Assembly (NCBI RefSeq): GCF_031181185.1
Contig: NZ_JAPSKZ010000001.1
Span: forward strand, 1-55,634
Origin: Phenylobacterium sp.
GTDB taxonomy: Bacteria; Pseudomonadota; Alphaproteobacteria; Caulobacterales; Caulobacteraceae
DNA length: 55,634 nucleotides
Direction of reading: 5' to 3'
Shown: piece by piece, positions 50,480 through 55,634 of the stretch
How positions within the stretch are numbered: the first letter of the stretch is position 1
How the letters are laid out: each line of letters starts with the position of its first letter
Made by a program: the position numbers and the translations under genes
The notes under the pieces: generated by a model
Told to the model about the DNA's origin: nothing
Seen by the model: only the letters and a program-made list of their open reading frames with translations
Databases searched by the model: none

Positions 50480-50526
50480 GGGGTGGGATTACCGCCGGGA
50501 GCCCGCGCCCTCCACCCCAAAAGCAA

Positions 50527-50560
50527 ACGAGGCCCCGGCCGGAGCCGGAGCCTCGTCTTT
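50527..50560. terminator. Terminator downstream of DUF378 gene
   Basis: ACGAGGC.CCGGC/GCCGG.GCCTCGT with T runs on both strands. Confidence 0.7.
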
Positions 50561-50578
50561 CCGCCAAGGCGGGACGGC

Positions 50579-50833
50579 TTAGCGGGTCGTCATGTGGCCG
50601 TGGCGGTTGGCCTCGGCGTCGACTTCGCCGATCCGCATGGCCTTGAAGAAGGGCATGAGCTGCCAGAGCGCCGACAGACCCACCAGGCCATAGACCACGC
50701 GAGACATCGCCGAGTCCTGACCGCCGAAGAGATTGGCCACCAGGTCCATCTCAGGGCCACCCAGGGCGACCAGGCCCCAGTTCAGGCCACCGATGATGAC
50801 CAGGGCCAGGGTAATCACGTTGAGCCACTTCAT
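50579..50833 (-). CDS. DUF378 membrane protein
   Basis: LVIIGGLNWGL...DLV...YGLVGLSA; GAAAC-N17-GGTT at 50885-50860. Confidence 0.92.
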   Translation of the reverse strand: MKWLNVITLALVIIGGLNWGLVALGGPEMDLVANLFGGQDSAMSRVVYGLVGLSALWQLMPFFKAMRIGEVDAEANRHGHMTTR

Positions 50834-50905
50834 TTTCGTCTCCTGGATTGGTCCAGCTCAACCCGGCGGCGGACAACAAAGTTTCCCGAACACTCAAATG
50901 CGAGT

Positions 50906-52081
50906 TCAGGGCTTCAGCACCACCTTCACGCAGCCGTCCTGCTTGTCGCGGAACATCTTGTAGAGCTCGGGGCCCTGTCCAAGCGGCGCCGTGTGGGTGA
51001 CCACGAAGGTGGGATCGATCTCGCCCTCCTCGATCCGGCGCAGCAGGTCGTCGGCCCAGCGGCGGACGTGCGTCTGGCCGGTGCGGATGGTCAGGCCCTT
51101 GTTCATCACCGCGCCCATCGGGATCATGTTGGACATGCCGCCGTAGACCCCGGGGATCGAGACTGTGCCGGCGGCCTTGCAGGCCATGATCGCCTCGCGC
51201 AGCACGATGGGCCGCTCGGTCTCGAGCTTGAAGGCGGTCTGCACGCGGTCGATCAGCTCGAGCACGGCGGTGGGGCCGTGCGCCTCGATGCCGACGGCGT
51301 CGATGCACTTTTCGGGGCCGTGGCCGCCGGTCATGTCCTTCAGCGCCTGCAGGACGTTGGTCCCGCGGCGGTCCAGCACCTGGGCGCCGAGGCTCGCGGC
51401 CATCTCCAGCCGTTCGGGCACGTCGTCGATGGCGATGACGCGCTCGGCGCCCATGACGATGGCCGACAGGATGGTGAAGAGGCCGACGGGCCCGCAGCCC
51501 CAGACCGCCACCGTGTCCGTCGGCTGGATGTCGGCGAAGGCCGCCGCCTGCCAGCCGGTGGGCAGGATGTCGGACAGGAACAGGTACTTCTCGTCCGGGT
51601 CGCCCTTCGGCACCTTGATGACGGTGGTGGCCGCGTAGGGCACGCGCAGGTACTCCGCCTGGCCGCCGGCGTAGCCGCCAGTGATGTGGGAATAGCCGAA
51701 CAGGCCCGCGGTCGTGTCGCCGAAGAAGGCCTTGGCCAGATCGGCGTTGCGGTTGGTCACCTGGCAGACCGAGAAGTTGCCGGCCCGGCACTGCTCGCAC
51801 TGGCCGCAGGTCATCTGGAACGGGACCACGACCCGGTCGCCGACGTTCAGGCCGAGCGCGCGGGCCTCAGGTCCGACCTCCACGACCTCGCCCATGGGTT
51901 CGTGGCCCAGGACGTCGCCCTTGCACATGGTCGGCACGAAACCGTTCATCAGGTGCAGGTCCGAGCCGCAGATGCAGGTCGAGGTGACCCTGATGATCGC
52001 GTCCTTCGGATCCTCGATGATCGGGTCGGGCACCTCCTCGCAGCGGAGGTCCTTCTTGCCTTGCCAGCAGATGGCTTTCAT
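50906..52081 (-). CDS. Zn-dependent alcohol/formaldehyde dehydrogenase (YbdR-like)
   Basis: ICGSDLH, GHE, CxxCxxC, LSDILPTG, GCGPVG. Confidence 0.95.
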   Translation of the reverse strand: MKAICWQGKKDLRCEEVPDPIIEDPKDAIIRVTSTCICGSDLHLMNGFVPTMCKGDVLGHEPMGEVVEVGPEARALGLNVGDRVVVPFQMTCGQCEQCRAGNFSVCQVTNRNADLAKAFFGDTTAGLFGYSHITGGYAGGQAEYLRVPYAATTVIKVPKGDPDEKYLFLSDILPTGWQAAAFADIQPTDTVAVWGCGPVGLFTILSAIVMGAERVIAIDDVPERLEMAASLGAQVLDRRGTNVLQALKDMTGGHGPEKCIDAVGIEAHGPTAVLELIDRVQTAFKLETERPIVLREAIMACKAAGTVSIPGVYGGMSNMIPMGAVMNKGLTIRTGQTHVRRWADDLLRRIEEGEIDPTFVVTHTAPLGQGPELYKMFRDKQDGCVKVVLKP

Positions 52082-52095
52082 TGCGGGTCCTCCTC

Positions 52096-52665
52096 CTAGT
52101 CGCAGGTGCGCTTGACGGTGCTCATCCGCACGGCGGCGAGCGCATCGAGGGCAGTGACGGCGAGCACGACGCCGAGCGCGGTGCGCACGTTGCGGCGCTT
52201 GGGGTTCTCGGGCTTGTCCAGCGAGCGCAGGACGGCGATGTCGAAGATGTCGCCGGCGACGCGTGCCCACAGGGTCATCTTGCAGGTGGGGTCGCTGACC
52301 AGGCGCAGGCCGGTGGCGAGCTCGCGGGCGCCGAACAGCAGCTGGATCGCCTGCGGGTTGGCGTTCATGCCCAGGAACCGGTTGACGCTGTTGGGCGCCG
52401 CCAGCCCCCATACCGCGAGCCCTAGGGCGTTCTGGCCCAGCGTTCCGGAAAGGGTCGGCGTCAGCGCCGGGGCGGCGCGGACGCGGTCGGTGCTGAGGCG
52501 CGCCCGCTTGCCGCCGGGCAGGCCGATCGCGGCCGACGGCGAACGGGCGAAGTTCTGGAAGGCCTCGCCGGTCATCCAGCTACGCGGTTCGCGGCGGCCG
52601 GCGGCGGAGGGGCCGCCATCGCCGCGCGACGACGGCGTCTCGGATAGGGAGTCTGAGAGCGACAC
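52096..52665 (-). CDS. Hypothetical membrane protein (GAREL...WARVAGD type)
   Basis: GTG start with GAGGAG; upstream of dehydrogenase; GGAAC-N17-GGTC at 52728-52703. Confidence 0.75.
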   Translation of the reverse strand: MSLSDSLSETPSSRGDGGPSAAGRREPRSWMTGEAFQNFARSPSAAIGLPGGKRARLSTDRVRAAPALTPTLSGTLGQNALGLAVWGLAAPNSVNRFLGMNANPQAIQLLFGARELATGLRLVSDPTCKMTLWARVAGDIFDIAVLRSLDKPENPKRRNVRTALGVVLAVTALDALAAVRMSTVKRTCD

Positions 52666-52762
52666 GTCCGGGCTCCTCTCGCTTGGTGGGGATCCACACT
52701 GAGACCCGCGAGGCGCAGCTTCTGTTCCCGGACCCCTCGGAAGATTGTCGCGCACATGCGAA

Positions 52763-52790
52763 GACGCCCGCCGGAGGACCGGCGGGCGTC
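52763..52790 (-). terminator. Hairpin terminator of DUF4142 gene
   Basis: 12-bp perfect stem GACGCCCGCCGG. Confidence 0.65.
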
Positions 52791-52813
52791 GGAGTGTCGG
52801 CTGTGCCCGACCG

Positions 52814-53437
52814 CTACTTCTTGGCGGGCGCGGCCTGGCCGCCCTGCTGCAGTTGCTTCACGCGGTCGTGGTGGGCCTGGATCTTGGGCGCGGCCTTCTG
52901 GGCGAGCGCCTTCAGGGTCGCGTTGTCGCCGTTCTCGGCGTAGCCGGTCATCAGCGTGTGGGCCTCGGCGTGCGCCGCGTCCTGCTGGGCCATGTAGACC
53001 TTGTCGAAGTCGGCGCCGTTGGCGGCGTTCAGGTTGTCGATCATGCCCTTGCGGCGCTGGTCGAGTTCCGTCGGCAGCGTGACGCCCGCGGCCTGGGCGG
53101 CCGCCTTCATCTCGTTCGACATGGCGGTGTGGTCGGCGACCATCATCTTGCCAAACGCCTTCACGTCCGCCGACTGGCCCTTCTCCTGAGCCAACTTGCC
53201 GGCCTGGATCTCGTACATGTCGCTCATCGCGGCGTTGGCCACGAAGGCTTCGGTCGAGTTCGCGCCCATGGTGGACGCGGAGACTTGGCCGACCGCCGCG
53301 CCGACGGCGTCCTGGGCGGCGTTCACAGGCTGGCTCTGGCCCGGGTTGGCTTCGTTGTTGGCGGCCTCCTGGCGGCTGCAGGCGGTGAGCGCCAGCGCCG
53401 AGACGGCGGCAGCGGCGATCAAATAGGCGCGTTTCAT
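52814..53437 (-). CDS. DUF4142 lipoprotein
   Basis: LTAC lipobox; SDMYEIQAGKLA, MVADH, FDKVY; GGAAC-N16-CATT at 53498-53474. Confidence 0.92.
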   Translation of the reverse strand: MKRAYLIAAAAVSALALTACSRQEAANNEANPGQSQPVNAAQDAVGAAVGQVSASTMGANSTEAFVANAAMSDMYEIQAGKLAQEKGQSADVKAFGKMMVADHTAMSNEMKAAAQAAGVTLPTELDQRRKGMIDNLNAANGADFDKVYMAQQDAAHAEAHTLMTGYAENGDNATLKALAQKAAPKIQAHHDRVKQLQQGGQAAPAKK

Positions 53438-53482
53438 GGACGGCATCTCCCTGTCCGAAAGTCGTCCTGTCGGAATGCCGCG

Positions 53483-54445
53483 CTACGGCCTTGGTTCCCG
53501 CACCAGCAGGGGACCGGGGGCGACCAGCAGCAGACGGCCCGCGTCCAGGTCCAGGATCACCCGGAACCGTCCGAGGAGACCCGTGCCCAGCAGGCCCTGC
53601 GGGATCGGGCCGCGGGCGCTGGGGGCGTAGATCTGCACGTCGACGCCGCGCAGCGTCATGCCGGCCGCCTCCACCGTGCGGGCGCGGACCATCTGGTCGA
53701 GGCTGACGCCGCCCAGACTGACGGAGTGGGCGCGCGTGACAGGCCGCCCGGGCGCCAGCAGGCCGGCGTTGCGGGCGGCCTCGGTCGAGAGCGCCAAGGC
53801 CCCGGTGGCGCCGGTGTCGACCAGGACGTCGAAGGCTGCGGAGCCTTCCACGCGTACGGGGGTCATCGGCGCGCCGCCGGTGAGTTTCAGGGGCACGGCC
53901 CGAGCGTCGGGCGGCGCTACGAAGGTGTCGGGCCGGTGGAAGCGAACCCGATCGCGGGGGAAGTCGGCGTCCAGCACCAGCTCGCGCAGGACGTCGCGGC
54001 CCAGCAGCAGCTGGAACGCGCGGCCGGTGGCCGCGGAGAGGCCGGCGATGTCGAGCACGGCGGCGCGCATGCCCCTGACGGACAGTCCCGGCAGCGACAG
54101 GTCGAAGCGGACGGTGTGGGTCAGGCTGGGCTGACCGCTGACGCCATAGGCCAGCATCGGCAGGGTCATGGACTGGGGCAGGCCCAGCCGCTGGGCGAGG
54201 CCTCGGTCGATGGCCGAGAACTGGGCCCCGGAATCCACCACGATACGGACCGGCGCGCCCGCCGCTTCGCCAGCGATCTCGATCAGGCGGGCGTCGCGCG
54301 GCAGCCGGATCCAGGGCGTGGCGTCGCCGCGCGCGAAGGTCGCTTTCGGCGGCGGCCAGGGGATGCGGTCGCGCACGAGCCAGAGGGCGCCGCCGCCGGC
54401 GGCGACGAGACCCAGGCGGGAGAGAAGGGCGCGGCGGGAGATCAC
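53483..54445 (-). CDS. Two-domain retropepsin-like aspartyl protease, Tat-type signal
   Basis: VVDSGA and LVDTGA, LLGRDVL/LLGTGLL, SRRALL. Confidence 0.9.
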   Translation of the reverse strand: MISRRALLSRLGLVAAGGGALWLVRDRIPWPPPKATFARGDATPWIRLPRDARLIEIAGEAAGAPVRIVVDSGAQFSAIDRGLAQRLGLPQSMTLPMLAYGVSGQPSLTHTVRFDLSLPGLSVRGMRAAVLDIAGLSAATGRAFQLLLGRDVLRELVLDADFPRDRVRFHRPDTFVAPPDARAVPLKLTGGAPMTPVRVEGSAAFDVLVDTGATGALALSTEAARNAGLLAPGRPVTRAHSVSLGGVSLDQMVRARTVEAAGMTLRGVDVQIYAPSARGPIPQGLLGTGLLGRFRVILDLDAGRLLLVAPGPLLVREPRP

Positions 54446-54557
54446 GCCTGGTCTCTAGCGGGAAGGTTCGGGCGGAAGAAGGGCCGGCTCATTTTTGATC
54501 AGGTCGGGAACGCCGACGCCGGCCCGCCGGTCTCCAGGTCAGCAGAAGGAGACGACC

Positions 54558-54833
54558 ATGGGACAGGAAACCGGCCAACCGGACGGCGGCCAGCACACCG
54601 GCGGCGGTCCGCAGGGCGAGCGGATCGAAGGCACGCTCACCAACGGCGGCAGCCAGGCCGGCGAACGCAGCTTCGCCCCGCGCGAGCCCGGCCATACCGC
54701 GCCGGAGGGTGAAGGCGGCGGCTCGATGAGCGGGCGCGGCCAGGAAGAGGGCGGCGAGCCCACAGCCGGCGAGGGCCAGCAGGGCGACCAGGATCGGCCC
54801 GACGGCGACTATGACGACCGCGGCTATGGCTGA
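54558..54833 (+). CDS. Small acidic Gly-rich hydrophilic protein
   Basis: AAGGAG RBS; GGAAC-N17-GGTC at 54507-54532. Confidence 0.75.
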   Translation: MGQETGQPDGGQHTGGGPQGERIEGTLTNGGSQAGERSFAPREPGHTAPEGEGGGSMSGRGQEEGGEPTAGEGQQGDQDRPDGDYDDRGYG

Positions 54834-54926
54834 GGTCGATTCCTCAACCATCTCATTTGTTTGTCTGGGAAACGTCGCCCCAGCTGCAACGTTGAAGCTG
54901 CCGGGAGACAAACCGGGGAACCCCTT

Positions 54927-55634
54927 GTGACAAACGACAATCAGCCCACGCTCCGGCCGATGCGCGTGCTGGAGCGTGCGGTCTATCGCGGCCCGCACGT
55001 GTTCGGCGACACGCCCATGGTCCGCATCCGGGTCGACCTCGGCAGCCTCGAAGAGCACCCCAGCCACACGCTGCCCGGGTTCGTCGAACGGCTGCTGGAC
55101 CTGCTGCCGACCGTCGGCGACCACGCCTGCAGCCTGGGCCACAGGGGCGGTTTCGGCGAACGGCTGCGCGAGGGCACGTGGCTAGGGCACGTGGCCGAAC
55201 ATGTGGCCATCGATCTGCAGCGGCAAGCCGGCGCGGACGTCACCCGAGGAAAGACCCGATCGGTGAAAGGCCGGCCCGGCGTCTACGACGTGCTCTTCGC
55301 CTACGATGAGGAAGAGGTGGGGCTGCTCGCCGGCCGTCTAGCCCTTGAGCTCGTGGACAGTCTGCTGCCAGCGGAACTGGCCGGCGTCCAGGGCCTGAGC
55401 GTCGTGCACGAGGGGCTGAAGAGGCCATTCCAGCTCGCCGTCGCCGTTGAGGAGTTGAAGCGCCTGGAGCGCCGTGTCGGGCTGGGACCCACTACGGGCT
55501 CGATCGTGGCCGAGGCGCGCCGCCGAGACGTGCCGGTGATCCGGTTGGACGACCGGTCGCTGATCCAGCTGGGCTGGGGTCGCAAGCAGCAGCGGATTCG
55601 CGCCAGCATCACCGGCAAGACGTCGTTCATCGGC
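54927..55634 (+). CDS. cphA: Cyanophycin synthetase, 5' part (truncated by window; start 54927 or 54960)
   Basis: Manual translation: YRGPH, H.CS.G..GGF.ERLREGTWLGHVAEHVA, LGPTT.SIV..A..R, LIQLGWG..Q.RI.A.IT. Confidence 0.93.
   Translation, partial: MTNDNQPTLRPMRVLERAVYRGPHVFGDTPMVRIRVDLGSLEEHPSHTLPGFVERLLDLLPTVGDHACSLGHRGGFGERLREGTWLGHVAEHVAIDLQRQAGADVTRGKTRSVKGRPGVYDVLFAYDEEEVGLLAGRLALELVDSLLPAELAGVQGLSVVHEGLKRPFQLAVAVEELKRLERRVGLGPTTGSIVAEARRRDVPVIRLDDRSLIQLGWGRKQQRIRASITGKTSFIG

Overview
High-GC alphaproteobacterial chromosome segment. Gene content, the RTX C-terminal tail, a CIR-type repeat and the promoter motifs point to Caulobacteraceae, probably Phenylobacterium-like (inference). 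Order of blocks: (1) a general-stress-response (EcfG/SigT) signalling block with candidate sRNAs, a MASE1-PAS hybrid kinase, an HWE kinase and a membrane-anchored NepR-like protein; (2) an orphan Rz/Rz1 spanin-like gene pair; (3) TonB-dependent receptor, secreted proteins, serine hydrolase, dctA; (4) GbsR-family regulator-cydAB-DUF2474 oxidase operon; (5) a LuxR-family locus in which a TCCCCC-N4-GGGGGA palindrome precedes an LpoB/COG3014/YcfL/CsgG-like operon, the luxR gene and an 11-kb RTX gene; (6) a structured C-loop RNA with a 33-aa ORF, an M28 peptidase and a holin-like/DUF3618 stress trio; (7) a copper island (pcoAB, PepSY, Cys-rich peptide, CsoR, P1B-ATPase); (8) an MFS gene with an apparent 8-bp micro-inversion in motif C, further EcfG-promoter stress genes and the 5' end of cyanophycin synthetase. 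No CRISPR, rRNA, tRNA or transposase was recognised. All calls are by eye; no searches were run.
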